Positions 20,691-30,635 of a stretch of 64,000 nucleotides of DNA are shown piece after piece. Position 1 is the first letter of the stretch; each line of letters begins with the position of its first letter. The DNA lies in the IMG/VR virus record IMGVR_UViG_3300017917_003016, positions 1 through 64,000 of that record. One strand, given 5' to 3'. This DNA is from a virus. Its lineage: Duplodnaviria; Caudoviricetes. The notes beneath the pieces are model-generated. The model did not search any database. It was given only the letters and a program-made list of their open reading frames with translations, and was not told the origin of the DNA. The position numbers and the translations under genes are program-made.

Positions 20691-21209
20691 ATGGCAATAA
20701 CAGGCAATTTACCAAATCAGACTGCTAGTAATCGTACTACAGAAGGATTTTTTAATAACTTTTACACAGCACCGTTAAACACCAGTGCAAATATCAATGA
20801 TTCTGTGGTGGCCTATTTCCAAGATATAACCGGTAGTAAGGAAATTGGAAAAAATTTAGCAGCGGCAGTAATATACACAGCCCTACAGCAAAATATGGAT
20901 CCGATGGATATAGTTAATCATCTAAAGGTTTTGAGCACTAAAAATCAAAACAATGCTCCAGATTTTTATCCAGGGCAAACTAATCAATATGCACAAGATA
21001 CAGATGTTTACAACACAGGATCCGGCACGTGGTCTACAAGCGGTAAGCAATATGCTAAACCGGGCCCCGATACGCCATATAGCCAGATCAATGAAGTTGA
21101 TGAATATTTAACTATGTTCTTAAATTTAAATAGAGTAGGTACTAGTCTTTTGGGATTAAACAATAGCCCGCAGACTAGCCCGTATGTTCAAAGAGCGATT
21201 CTAGCCTAA
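20691..21209 (+). CDS. Hypothetical virion protein
   Basis: 172 aa in the late tail operon. Confidence 0.6.
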   Translation: MAITGNLPNQTASNRTTEGFFNNFYTAPLNTSANINDSVVAYFQDITGSKEIGKNLAAAVIYTALQQNMDPMDIVNHLKVLSTKNQNNAPDFYPGQTNQYAQDTDVYNTGSGTWSTSGKQYAKPGPDTPYSQINEVDEYLTMFLNLNRVGTSLLGLNNSPQTSPYVQRAILA

Positions 21210-21640
21210 TGAGCAAATATGCCAACGGTAAATTTACTGTAAAAAATCCAGAGAAATATATGGGTAAGAGCGTCCCAACTTATCGATCAAGTTGGGAGTG
21301 GGCTTTTATGAACTTCTGCGATAACAACCCTGCAGTGGTCAATTGGACTAGTGAAAGTATAAAAATTCCCTATTTCAATCCTGTAAGCGGTAAACAGACT
21401 ATCTATGTTCCAGACTTTATGATAGTCTATGTAGATGCAAACAAGCGACAGCACACGGAAATGGTGGAAATTAAGCCATTAAAAGAAACCACTATGGAAA
21501 GTGCACGTAGTCCTAGAGATAAACTTAGTGTTGCTATAAACATGGCCAAATGGGCCGCTGCAGATGCTTTTTGTAAAGCACACAATATGCGTTTTAGAGT
21601 TGTAACCGAATACGATATTTTCAAAAATCTAAAACGTTAA
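21209..21640 (+). CDS. gp4: Head completion nuclease, T4 gp4-like
   Basis: NPEKYMG...YRSSWE...CDNNP...WTSE..KIPY...YVPDF...VEIKP...N.AKWAAA. Confidence 0.9.
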   Translation: MSKYANGKFTVKNPEKYMGKSVPTYRSSWEWAFMNFCDNNPAVVNWTSESIKIPYFNPVSGKQTIYVPDFMIVYVDANKRQHTEMVEIKPLKETTMESARSPRDKLSVAINMAKWAAADAFCKAHNMRFRVVTEYDIFKNLKR

Positions 21641-21650
21641 ATACCATACT

Positions 21651-22145
21651 ATGACACAAAAACTTTCAGAACTTTTTAATCTTCCCGCCACAGAAGACGT
21701 TTCAATTGAAGAAACTGCTCAATCAATTGAAGAACAGCAGGAAATTATTCAAGCAGTAGATACTGCCATCGATAAAATTGATGCGGCTCTGCCCTTTGTT
21801 AACGACCTAGACACTAGCGATCAAGAACTTGACGAGTTGAGCGAGTTAGCCAAAGAAAAATTTCAAGATTTGATCGATTTAGGTATGAATGTTGAAGCAC
21901 GTTTTAGTGGGCACATCCTTGCTACCGCAGGCACGTTATTGGGCCATGCTATCACAGCCAAACAGGCTAAACTAGATAAAAAATTACGCATGGTTGATCT
22001 GCAACTTAAAAAAGCCAGGTTGGATCATCAAGTGGCTCAGGCTGAGAAGAAGTCAGACGGTGAACGCATTATTGATGCTGAAGATGGGCAGGCAGTGGTC
22101 CTAGATCGCAATGAGTTGCTAAGACAGATCCTTAGCAAAAAATAA
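21651..22145 (+). CDS. Possible terminase small subunit
   Basis: Helical 164-aa protein ending in VVLDRNELLRQIL, reminiscent of T4 gp16-type C-termini; upstream of gp17. Confidence 0.4.
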   Translation: MTQKLSELFNLPATEDVSIEETAQSIEEQQEIIQAVDTAIDKIDAALPFVNDLDTSDQELDELSELAKEKFQDLIDLGMNVEARFSGHILATAGTLLGHAITAKQAKLDKKLRMVDLQLKKARLDHQVAQAEKKSDGERIIDAEDGQAVVLDRNELLRQILSKK

Positions 22146-22182
22146 CGGTGCTTTTGATAAATAACACTATAGGATTAGGACT

Positions 22183-22806
22183 ATGAAAAATTTCTTACAA
22201 TATCTAACCGAAACCCAAAAGGTCTACGAATATAAGATAAAATTGGCCAATATTGATCCCAAAGATCATATGGACCGCATTAAAACTATGCTGGCGGCTT
22301 ATGTAGTTGATACTGTTAGCGCACCCAAGCATCTGCCCATTATGGAAAACAATATAGATTTTCCTAGCATGAGAAATGCAGATATTCACGTAATCGAAGT
22401 AAGTTTAAAATATCCGGTTACAGAAACCCAGTTAAGAATGTTAATTGCTGAGACTGTAAGCGTACCACTTAATCAAGTATTTGTTGTGCCAGCCGGACAT
22501 CCGGAAGAACTGTGGCGTAACGGCGAAGGTGAACTCAAACAATATGTTCAGGGCGATGCAGAACTAATAAAGCCATATCCCAACGCCAGCGCGGAACAAA
22601 CTGATGCTGGCAAGGCCTACGCAGAAAAAAAGGTTTTATTTAAAGATCTTCCTAGAACTAAATGGACACAGGCTGGGTCAGACAACACTATCGGTGGTGC
22701 ACCTAATCCAGCAGACGGTAAAACTACTAATGGTATTGCTACTGGCACAAATTCTCCAGTAGGAAGCCAAAAAAATTCAATTCCTAACCCAAATAAAGGA
22801 TTATAA
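22183..22806 (+). CDS. Probable capsid-internal / head protein
   Basis: N-terminus MKNFLQYLTE resembles the T4 capsid-targeting sequence; late promoter at 22156-22163. Confidence 0.6.
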   Translation: MKNFLQYLTETQKVYEYKIKLANIDPKDHMDRIKTMLAAYVVDTVSAPKHLPIMENNIDFPSMRNADIHVIEVSLKYPVTETQLRMLIAETVSVPLNQVFVVPAGHPEELWRNGEGELKQYVQGDAELIKPYPNASAEQTDAGKAYAEKKVLFKDLPRTKWTQAGSDNTIGGAPNPADGKTTNGIATGTNSPVGSQKNSIPNPNKGL

Positions 22807-22808
22807 AA

Positions 22809-24308
22809 ATGAGCGATATGAAAATGTATAATATTTTAGGTAAGTTTAATACTCTAAACCCACAACTTACCAAGGTTAGCGAAAAAGAAATTGATCAACC
22901 AATTAAAGAAGAAGTTGACCCTAAGAGCCTCAAAGGTCACATTCAACAACTAGAAGAAAAATATATGGGTTTTAAGAAAACTGTTGCAGCCATTAAGAAA
23001 GGTGGCAGTGCAGAAGATCCAGAGGCTGTGGCTGCTAGTATTGGTCGCAAAAAGTATGGCAAAGAAAAATTTCAGAAGGCTGCAGCCGCCGGTAAGAAAC
23101 TGGGAGAAGCAGCGAAGCCAGATTTTCTAGATCTAGACAAAGATGGTGATCGCAAAGAGCCAATGAAGAAGGCTGCTAAAGAAAAGAAACAAGTTGCCGA
23201 AGGCCAAATGAAGCAAATGTTGCATAATGATGCAGAACGCATGAGCCTTAAGGCATTTTTAGACAAACACTGTCATCGTTCTGAAGACCGTAAGGAAATG
23301 ACTGACTTTTGGAAGAACGTTAACGGCGAAGGTGATCTAAATGAAGTGGCACCTCCGGGTGCTAAAGCAGAGCGTATGGTCAAACATATCAAGAAAGGTT
23401 ATGCTAAGGACGGTAAATTAACTAAACGCGAAAAGGGTATTGCCTATGCTACTGCTTGGAAGGCTAAAAAAGCAGGTAAGTTAGAAGAAAGTCATGATAT
23501 TCGTAAGCACCCTATCTATACAACGCAGGAAGCCTGGGACCACTATGCCCAAGAACTAGCAGAACAAGAATTAGCCAACATGGAAGCAGAGTCAGTCATG
23601 CAAGAAGAACCACTAATGGATGCTGAGCATGAATTGGACGAAATTGCTCGTTTAGCAGGCTTACCAAAGACAATTGACGTAGACACTAAAACACCTTATC
23701 CAACAGGTGGCGTACCTGCAGATCCAAGCAAGGCACCACCACACGAGGCCCCTGTGGTGCATGAAGGCGAAACCTGCGTAGAATGTGGTATGATGGAAAG
23801 TGAGTGTGGTTGTGATCATGAGCCGATGGATGAAGGTGCAGAAGAGATGGGCGAAGGCAATGAATTCTCTGGTGCACTAGCAGCAGCACGTGCTTCTGGC
23901 GCCAAGGAGTTCAGCGTTGGTGGTAAGAGTTATAAAGTAAAAGAAAGCCAAGAACCTGTAACTGAAGACATTAACTTAAATGTCAGCGCCACTGGTCCTG
24001 AAGATGTTCTTAATGTTATACAAAAACTAGCAGGTATGCCTGTAATTGCTGTAGCCGCGCATGACCAAATGCAAGAAGAACTCGAAGAGGATGGCCCAAA
24101 AGAACGCGATATTGAGTATACCAATACTCCGCGCGAAGAAACAGCGTCACCTGAAGCAGCCTATCCTGGCGGTACTGATTTGAACAGACCCAAGAAGTCC
24201 TATTCAGACAAGCCGTTCCGCGGTGATAACCCGATGGCTGTAGCAGAAGCCAAAGAGGAAGCCTTGTGGAAAGCCTACAAGGGAATGATTGGAAGCGTCA
24301 AGGAGTAA
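22809..24308 (+). CDS. Modular capsid-internal protein (499 aa)
   Basis: Alternating basic and acidic modules separated by (L/V/M)xE sites; DLDKDGD motif; two IxxLAG motifs. Confidence 0.65.
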   Translation: MSDMKMYNILGKFNTLNPQLTKVSEKEIDQPIKEEVDPKSLKGHIQQLEEKYMGFKKTVAAIKKGGSAEDPEAVAASIGRKKYGKEKFQKAAAAGKKLGEAAKPDFLDLDKDGDRKEPMKKAAKEKKQVAEGQMKQMLHNDAERMSLKAFLDKHCHRSEDRKEMTDFWKNVNGEGDLNEVAPPGAKAERMVKHIKKGYAKDGKLTKREKGIAYATAWKAKKAGKLEESHDIRKHPIYTTQEAWDHYAQELAEQELANMEAESVMQEEPLMDAEHELDEIARLAGLPKTIDVDTKTPYPTGGVPADPSKAPPHEAPVVHEGETCVECGMMESECGCDHEPMDEGAEEMGEGNEFSGALAAARASGAKEFSVGGKSYKVKESQEPVTEDINLNVSATGPEDVLNVIQKLAGMPVIAVAAHDQMQEELEEDGPKERDIEYTNTPREETASPEAAYPGGTDLNRPKKSYSDKPFRGDNPMAVAEAKEEALWKAYKGMIGSVKE

Positions 24309-24310
24309 TT

Positions 24311-24664
24311 ATGAAATTTAACGAATTCCTTTCTGAGTCCGTTATTGCTGAAGAAATTTACCATGGTGACGAATTTTACGAAGCCTACGGCGATCTATGG
24401 TATGATGAAGATGGGCTATATGAAGCAGAATATCGTGGTCGTAAAGTACCTCTTGGTAAACCTATGCGTGGTGATGTTAAGAAGTTTAAGGTATATGTTA
24501 AGGATCCTAGCACCGGCAACATCAAAAAGGTAAACTTTGGTGATCCTAACATGCGCATCAAAAAATCTAACCCGGCCCGTCGCAAGAGTTTTCGTGCTAG
24601 ACACAACTGCGATAATCCAGGTCCTCGTACCAAGGCTCGCTATTGGTCCTGCAGAAAGTGGTAA
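24311..24664 (+). CDS. Probable capsid-internal protein with basic Cys-containing domain
   Basis: MKFNEFLSE N-terminus after AGGAG RBS; KVNFGDPNM...RRKSFRARHNC...ARYWSCRKW. Confidence 0.7.
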   Translation: MKFNEFLSESVIAEEIYHGDEFYEAYGDLWYDEDGLYEAEYRGRKVPLGKPMRGDVKKFKVYVKDPSTGNIKKVNFGDPNMRIKKSNPARRKSFRARHNCDNPGPRTKARYWSCRKW

Positions 24665-24667
24665 ACT

Positions 24668-25048
24668 ATGAAAATACGCGAAATTGTTCATGAGGGTAAA
24701 GAAGGAAAAAAACCCAAACACGACCGTGCAGATACTGGCGAGTGGCAGTTTCGAGACCAAGGCGGGTATGATCGTGCTTATAATTTAAATCGTATTATGA
24801 TGGCTAGTGCCATAGCAGACGGCGTTTCTGAAACTGCTGTTGATATGCCGCAAAGTTCTTGGGTTGAAAAATTTAATGTTGCCCGTCCTTATACGGAACA
24901 AGAACACAAGATGATGAAAAGTGCGTTTAAAACTGTAAGCAGTGAGCATTATCACACAGAAAAAGATCATAAGAGCCGCGAACCCAATGATACGCATAAA
25001 GTAAGTCCCATGCGAGACCGCGGTCCTATCAAAAGTAAATCTAAGTAA
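24668..25048 (+). CDS. Probable capsid-internal protein
   Basis: MKIREIVHE N-terminus; 126 aa. Confidence 0.65.
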   Translation: MKIREIVHEGKEGKKPKHDRADTGEWQFRDQGGYDRAYNLNRIMMASAIADGVSETAVDMPQSSWVEKFNVARPYTEQEHKMMKSAFKTVSSEHYHTEKDHKSREPNDTHKVSPMRDRGPIKSKSK

Positions 25049-25275
25049 TGTCTGAACTTGACGAAATAAAACTACTTGCGGGTGTTACACAAAACGTTGG
25101 ACGCCTACAGGAATATAAAGGTGTTGGCAGTGTCCAAACCAACGGCAGTAATATGAGCATTACTGCCAATGAAAAAATTCAATATCAAAATACTCACAAT
25201 ATTCAACCTGGAACTCCAGAATGGTTTAGGTTGTGGTTTAGTAAACCATATCTAACAGGCGAAAAACCCTGGTAA
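25048..25275 (+). CDS. Small virion-associated hypothetical protein
   Basis: MSELDEIKLLAGV...IQPGTPEWFRLWFSKPYLTGEKPW. Confidence 0.65.
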   Translation: MSELDEIKLLAGVTQNVGRLQEYKGVGSVQTNGSNMSITANEKIQYQNTHNIQPGTPEWFRLWFSKPYLTGEKPW

Positions 25276-25311
25276 TCTAATTTACTGTAGTTAAATCTGA
25301 TAAGTAGATGT

Positions 25312-26883
25312 ATGAGTACAGCCAAGGGTACAGATAATGTTCTTGTTAAAAAGCCGCATACCAAATCTGCCTTTACACAAGAACAATTAGAAGAATTTGT
25401 AAAATGTTCAGATCCTATAACGGGTCCAGAATATTTTATGAGTCATTATTTCTATATACAACATCCTACCCGCGGTAGAATGTTATATTCTCCCTTTGAT
25501 TATCAAAAAAGATTAATACATACCTACCATAGTTATCGTTTTAGTATATCATTAATGCCTCGGCAAACAGGTAAGTCAACTAGTGCTGCGGGATATCTAT
25601 TATGGTATGCAATGTTTGTGCCTGATTCAACCATTCTAATTGCTGCACACAAATACTCAGGTTCACAGGAAATCATGCAGCGCATACGCTATGCCTACGA
25701 ATCTGTGCCAGACTTTATACGTGCCGGTGTTGTGAGTTATAACAAAGGTAGTATAGATTTTGACAATGGTAGCCGTATAGTTTCGGCCACTACAACAGAA
25801 AACACAGGGCGCGGTATGTCAATATCTCTGCTGTATGCTGATGAGTTTGCATTCGTCCGTCCAACTATCGGTAGAGAATTTTGGACATCTATTAGCCCAA
25901 CATTGGCCACTGGCGGTAAGTGTATTATTACGTCAACACCTAACTCAGATGAAGACCAGTTTGCCATACTATGGAAAGGTGCCAACAAATGTGTAGATGA
26001 ATATGGTGAGGCCACTGACATAGGCATCAACGGATTTAAAGCGTTTCGCAGTTATTGGAACGAGCACCCAGACCGCGATGATAAGTGGGCCACAGAACAA
26101 CGTGCTCAATTGGGGGATGAACGTTTCCGCAGAGAAATGGATTGTGAATTTATTATCTGGGATGAAACTTTAATCAGCCCAAGTTTTCTAGTAGAAATGG
26201 AAGGAGTCGATCCTATAGAACGGCAAGGTCATGTACGCTGGTACAAACGACCAGAACCGCAGTTTACCTATGCAGTGGCATTAGATCCTAGTTTAGGAAC
26301 TGGTGGAGATCCCGCGGGCATACAGGTTTTTGAATTACCCACGTTTAAACAAGTAGCAGAATGGCAGCACAATCGTACTCCTATACAAACACAAGTGGGT
26401 ATAATTGCAGAAATTACCAAATATCTAGCCGAAACGGTCAATCAAAATAATATCTACTACAGTGTTGAAAACAACACAGTGGGCGAAGCAGCACTTATCT
26501 GTATTAATGAAATTGGCGAAGAAAACATTCGTGGTATTTTTCTAAGCGAGCCTCGCGGTATGTCAGCCACTGGCCGCAGATATCGCAAAGGATTTAATAC
26601 AACAAACAAAACAAAAATTTCAGCCTGTGCTAAATTAAAGAATCTAATTGAAAGCCGGCGCATGACTGTGGTCAGTCGCAGCCTTATATCAGAACTCAAA
26701 ACCTTTGTAGCACAGGCGGCCAGTTATGCAGCCAAACCAGGTGAAACAGACGATTTGGTCATGAGCCTATTGCTGATTGTACGCATGGCTCAGGTCTTGC
26801 AGAGTTTTGACAGCCAACTTGACTATACTATGAAGGACAGTCTTGAGGATGTAGTTGAGCCCATGCCTTTCTATATACTCTAG
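25312..26883 (+). CDS. gp17: Terminase large subunit, T4 gp17-like
   Basis: Walker A PRQTGKS; LLYADEFAFV; IITSTPN; nuclease ALDPSLGTGGD and DDLVM. Confidence 0.95.
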   Translation: MSTAKGTDNVLVKKPHTKSAFTQEQLEEFVKCSDPITGPEYFMSHYFYIQHPTRGRMLYSPFDYQKRLIHTYHSYRFSISLMPRQTGKSTSAAGYLLWYAMFVPDSTILIAAHKYSGSQEIMQRIRYAYESVPDFIRAGVVSYNKGSIDFDNGSRIVSATTTENTGRGMSISLLYADEFAFVRPTIGREFWTSISPTLATGGKCIITSTPNSDEDQFAILWKGANKCVDEYGEATDIGINGFKAFRSYWNEHPDRDDKWATEQRAQLGDERFRREMDCEFIIWDETLISPSFLVEMEGVDPIERQGHVRWYKRPEPQFTYAVALDPSLGTGGDPAGIQVFELPTFKQVAEWQHNRTPIQTQVGIIAEITKYLAETVNQNNIYYSVENNTVGEAALICINEIGEENIRGIFLSEPRGMSATGRRYRKGFNTTNKTKISACAKLKNLIESRRMTVVSRSLISELKTFVAQAASYAAKPGETDDLVMSLLLIVRMAQVLQSFDSQLDYTMKDSLEDVVEPMPFYIL

Positions 26884-26895
26884 ATAAATATTGTT

Positions 26896-29439
26896 ATGAG
26901 AGAAATTAACAAAATCGCAGAAGGTCTATTTGAAAAAATTCGTGACCGTTTTGAGGATGTTAGCCTGGGTGATGACAAAGCCATGGCCACACAGGATCCT
27001 GAAAAGGCAAGATTCTTTAATTTTGACTATGTAGTTGACGGTCATAATCACGGTAACGTAACATTAAGCCTAATTGATGAAATTAGTCTCAAAGTCTACT
27101 TCAGTAAGAACATAACCAAAGATCTAAGTGACCACGAACGACAGCATTGGTATGATTTCCTTCGTAGTCTTCGTGAATTTGCCCGACGAAATTTGCTGAG
27201 TTTTGAACCCAGAGATATCACTCGCTCAACCCTCAAATTCCGTGATATTAGGCAGGTCAGCAAGGCAGACGACACATACGATAAAGATGACGTAGTTAAA
27301 GAAAGTCGCATGTATGGAACCACTCGCAGTAGTTATGAAAATCGTGGCCCGGTGCGTATAATCATACGTCATGCAGATCATGTCGATCCTGAACGTGTAG
27401 GGGACAGATCTCGCAAGATAAAATCAATTTATCTTGAAACACAAGAAGGCGAACGCTTTAAACTGCCACATAACAGCCTGCGCTATGCTCGTGCTATGAG
27501 TCGTCATTTACGTGAGGGTGGTACAATCAATGACGATTTTGGTCAGCACATTACAGAAATGGCTGCAGAGTGCGCTAAACTTAGAAACTTTAAAACTGCC
27601 ATGTCACGTCGAGTATTTGAAGACGAAGAAACTCAGCATATGGTAGAAGCAGCATTTGAATATCACGGACTTCTCAAAAACACTCTTAATCGCATGAGCG
27701 GCCGCAAAGGGTATCAGCGATGCCAAGAACAATTTGTGGCTACTAGTACTAGTTATATACCCGAAGAAGATTTTGATGCAGAAGAATTCAAAGAAAGATT
27801 TGTCAAACGTACATATAATGAACGTATACAAGACGCTCTTCCGTTGGTGCACAAGGCTTATCGTATGAAAAAGACCGATAAATTTGTAGAAGCATTTGAA
27901 GGGTGGGCTGATAGGTTATCAGAAGGAACTTGGCAAATACCAGAAGCAGACAGTGATATTGCACAATTAGTTGAGTTGCTAGCAGAACCTCTTCCTGTAG
28001 GAGCAGACGCTGAAAATGCTATTAATTCACTGAGTGACCTAATAGGAGATGATGTACTTTATGATGATCTTGCAGATCTAGCCAAAGTAAATCCTGAGGA
28101 AGATGCCCGTAATGTTATAATTGCATGGTTACAAACTAATTTGCCGGAAGTATACGACAAACTTGAACAATCTCCTGAGGAAGATCGGCCCTCAACACAC
28201 AACCAAGAACCTATGGCTGAAAATGAAAAGCCAGTGGCAAACATGAGTAGAAATGAAATATTAGATTTATTAAACATGGATCCCATGCGGGCTAAGAATT
28301 ATTCAAATGAACAACTTAGACGTCTGGCAGACAAAAGGACCGGCGAAATGACAGAAAACTATGAACAAGATGATTTAGACGGTAGCCCTTATGAAATGGG
28401 TTATCGTGCTGCTGCACTACACCATAAGAGCAAGAGTTCAAATCCTTTTGACATGTCAGATCCAAGATATGATACTTGGGAAGATGGTTGGCGAGAAGGT
28501 GCAGCAGAAGAAGGCCTTGATGAATTAGACGAATCTGGGGCGTACGGTAGTTACGGTGATATCCATGAAAGTCATGATGCTAGCGAAGCAGTACAGGCTG
28601 CGATTATACACCGCATAATCAATCAACACAAAGATGTTTTAGCCAAATTTGGTCCAACTGCTATTATGAATGCTGTAGAAGATGAAGCAGCACATAAGGG
28701 AGATATTGAAGAAATTGGTACCAGTGATGTCAGTGCATGGACTAGATCAGTAATCCAATCTTTAGAAACAGGTCAGTACGGTGATGCTCATAACGATCTT
28801 GAAGAGGACTATGGTCAACGCGCACCAGCAGATTCTGCTAGCCCGCTTACTCATGCACACCAAGCATGGTGCGATGCTTGTGATCGTGAAGAAAAGAAAT
28901 GTGTCTGCGAAGACAAACTAGAAGAATCTTTTATGTCTGATTGGAATTCATTTCTGTCAGAAGGCAAAATGAAAGACCTAGCCATCGACCTTCGCGAACT
29001 ATCAGAAGCAGAGTTTAAGAAAAAGTATGGCAAGACCAAAGCAGAAATGCGTGCTAGTCTAAAAGAAGATTTAGATGAAGGACAAGAAGAAGATGACGTT
29101 GCTGCCGCACGTGCTGCTAGAGCCAAACTTGACAAGCCTGCAGTGTTTAGAAAACAAGAAAAGTTCCTACCTAGCAAAGACAAGGATTGGATGGTCACTC
29201 CCGACGAACTAAAGGCTGCTGAAGAACTACCCAGTAGAGAGTTTGCACTGCGAAAGAAAGAACTAGGAATGAAGGAAGAAGTAGATACGGGCGAAGTAGA
29301 TGCTCGTAAAACTACGCCATCAAGCGAAGAAGAAAAAGAAAAGGTATTTTCTAAACATCGCGAACGTGTAAAAAATTTAGAAAAAGACGAACTTGAAGAA
29401 GATATCGTAGATATCAAGAAACTAGCAGGCCTTAAGTAA
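26896..29439 (+). CDS. Large acidic modular protein, probable capsid-internal/core protein (847 aa)
   Basis: Late promoter at 26883-26890; MREINKIAE N-terminus; many xxE|S/G/D junctions; ends in DIKKLAGLK. Confidence 0.65.
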   Translation: MREINKIAEGLFEKIRDRFEDVSLGDDKAMATQDPEKARFFNFDYVVDGHNHGNVTLSLIDEISLKVYFSKNITKDLSDHERQHWYDFLRSLREFARRNLLSFEPRDITRSTLKFRDIRQVSKADDTYDKDDVVKESRMYGTTRSSYENRGPVRIIIRHADHVDPERVGDRSRKIKSIYLETQEGERFKLPHNSLRYARAMSRHLREGGTINDDFGQHITEMAAECAKLRNFKTAMSRRVFEDEETQHMVEAAFEYHGLLKNTLNRMSGRKGYQRCQEQFVATSTSYIPEEDFDAEEFKERFVKRTYNERIQDALPLVHKAYRMKKTDKFVEAFEGWADRLSEGTWQIPEADSDIAQLVELLAEPLPVGADAENAINSLSDLIGDDVLYDDLADLAKVNPEEDARNVIIAWLQTNLPEVYDKLEQSPEEDRPSTHNQEPMAENEKPVANMSRNEILDLLNMDPMRAKNYSNEQLRRLADKRTGEMTENYEQDDLDGSPYEMGYRAAALHHKSKSSNPFDMSDPRYDTWEDGWREGAAEEGLDELDESGAYGSYGDIHESHDASEAVQAAIIHRIINQHKDVLAKFGPTAIMNAVEDEAAHKGDIEEIGTSDVSAWTRSVIQSLETGQYGDAHNDLEEDYGQRAPADSASPLTHAHQAWCDACDREEKKCVCEDKLEESFMSDWNSFLSEGKMKDLAIDLRELSEAEFKKKYGKTKAEMRASLKEDLDEGQEEDDVAAARAARAKLDKPAVFRKQEKFLPSKDKDWMVTPDELKAAEELPSREFALRKKELGMKEEVDTGEVDARKTTPSSEEEKEKVFSKHRERVKNLEKDELEEDIVDIKKLAGLK

Positions 29440-29459
29440 TTTGTTTTTTGGTTTTACCA

Positions 29460-29485
29460 AAAAGGCACTAATTAGTGCCTTTTTT
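29460..29485 (+). terminator. Rho-independent terminator
   Basis: AAAAGGCACT-aatt-AGTGCCTTTTTT. Confidence 0.85.
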
Positions 29486-29486
29486 G

Positions 29487-29516
29487 TTGACAGCATAAAT
29501 AATAGTAGCGTATTAT
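29487..29516 (+). promoter_or_regulatory. Nested early and late promoter for gp32
   Basis: TTGACA 29487-29492, N18, TATTAT 29511-29516, with CATAAATA (29494-29501) inside the spacer. Confidence 0.7.
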
Positions 29517-29577
29517 GTATGAGTGCAGAATACGTTTAGGCACAATATTATGGCAAACTTATTAAGGAGAAAACATC

Positions 29578-30576
29578 ATGGCCACATCACTAGCAGAAAT
29601 TCGCGCAAAACTTCAAGCACAAGAAACTCGCAGCCAAGGTAGCAGCGGCACAGGCGACAACGCAATCTACGCACACTGGAACATCCAAGAAGGACAAAAT
29701 GCTCGTGTGCGATTCCTCCCAGACGCAGACCCAAAGAACACATTCTTTTGGGTAGAACGACTCATGATTAACTTGCCTTTTGCAGGTGTAAAGGGTCAAG
29801 TTGATTCTAAGCCTGTAACCGTGCAGGTTCCTTGTGTTGAAATGTATGGCGAAGCATGCCCAGTATTGGCAGAAGTACGCACCTGGTTTAAGGATTCTAG
29901 CCTTGAAGAACTAGGTCGCAAGTATTGGAAGAAGAAGTCATATCTATTCCAAGGATTTGTGCGTGAAAACCCTCTCAAGGACGACGAAACACCTGCCAAT
30001 CCAATTCGTCGCTTTATCATCAGCCCACAGATTTTTAATCTAGTCAAGTCAGCACTGCTGGATCCTGAACTGGAAAATCTGCCTACTGACTATCAAGCAG
30101 GTCTTGATTTTACCATTAGCAAGACCAGCAAGGGTGGATATGCAGACTATAACACTAGCAAGTGGAGCCGCAAGGAATCAGCACTGACCGCTGACGAGGC
30201 CGCTGCTATTGAACAGTACGGTCTGTATAATCTTGCAGACTTCCTGCCTAAGAAGCCCAGTGAAGTTGAACTTAAGGTTATCAAAGAAATGTTTGAAGCC
30301 AGTGTAGATGGGCAAGCCTATGATGCAGAACGTTGGGGTGCTTACTACAAGCCACGTGGTGTTGCAGTAGCAGCATCTAGTGCACCTGCTGCATCAGCGC
30401 CGGCGCCCTCTGTGCAGGCTGTGGAGGATGAAACTCCCCCTTTTGAAACTGCAGATCGCGCAGTAGCAACAGAATCTGTTGCTAGTACAACTGCTCCTGT
30501 GACTACACCTGCAGCAGGAAACACTCGTGCAGAAGATATTCTTGCGATGATCCGTAATCGTCAAAAGACGTCTTAA
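29578..30576 (+). CDS. gp32: Single-stranded DNA-binding protein, T4 gp32-like
   Basis: RVRFLPD...CVEMYGEACPV...YWKKKSYLFQG...IRRFII...GLDFTISKT..GGYADY..S.W; low-complexity acidic tail. Confidence 0.9.
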   Translation: MATSLAEIRAKLQAQETRSQGSSGTGDNAIYAHWNIQEGQNARVRFLPDADPKNTFFWVERLMINLPFAGVKGQVDSKPVTVQVPCVEMYGEACPVLAEVRTWFKDSSLEELGRKYWKKKSYLFQGFVRENPLKDDETPANPIRRFIISPQIFNLVKSALLDPELENLPTDYQAGLDFTISKTSKGGYADYNTSKWSRKESALTADEAAAIEQYGLYNLADFLPKKPSEVELKVIKEMFEASVDGQAYDAERWGAYYKPRGVAVAASSAPAASAPAPSVQAVEDETPPFETADRAVATESVASTTAPVTTPAAGNTRAEDILAMIRNRQKTS

Positions 30577-30635
30577 TCAAGTAAGGCACGGACAGGGTGC
30601 AATGCCCTGTCCATCGATTTCAACAAGGACACACT

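Noticed and set aside
30597-30635. N-terminal extension of uvsX; likewise extensions at 11485, 24266, 41622, 46417, 58006 and 60345
   Set aside because: Downstream ATGs have proper RBSs, and the extensions overlap promoters or neighbouring genes
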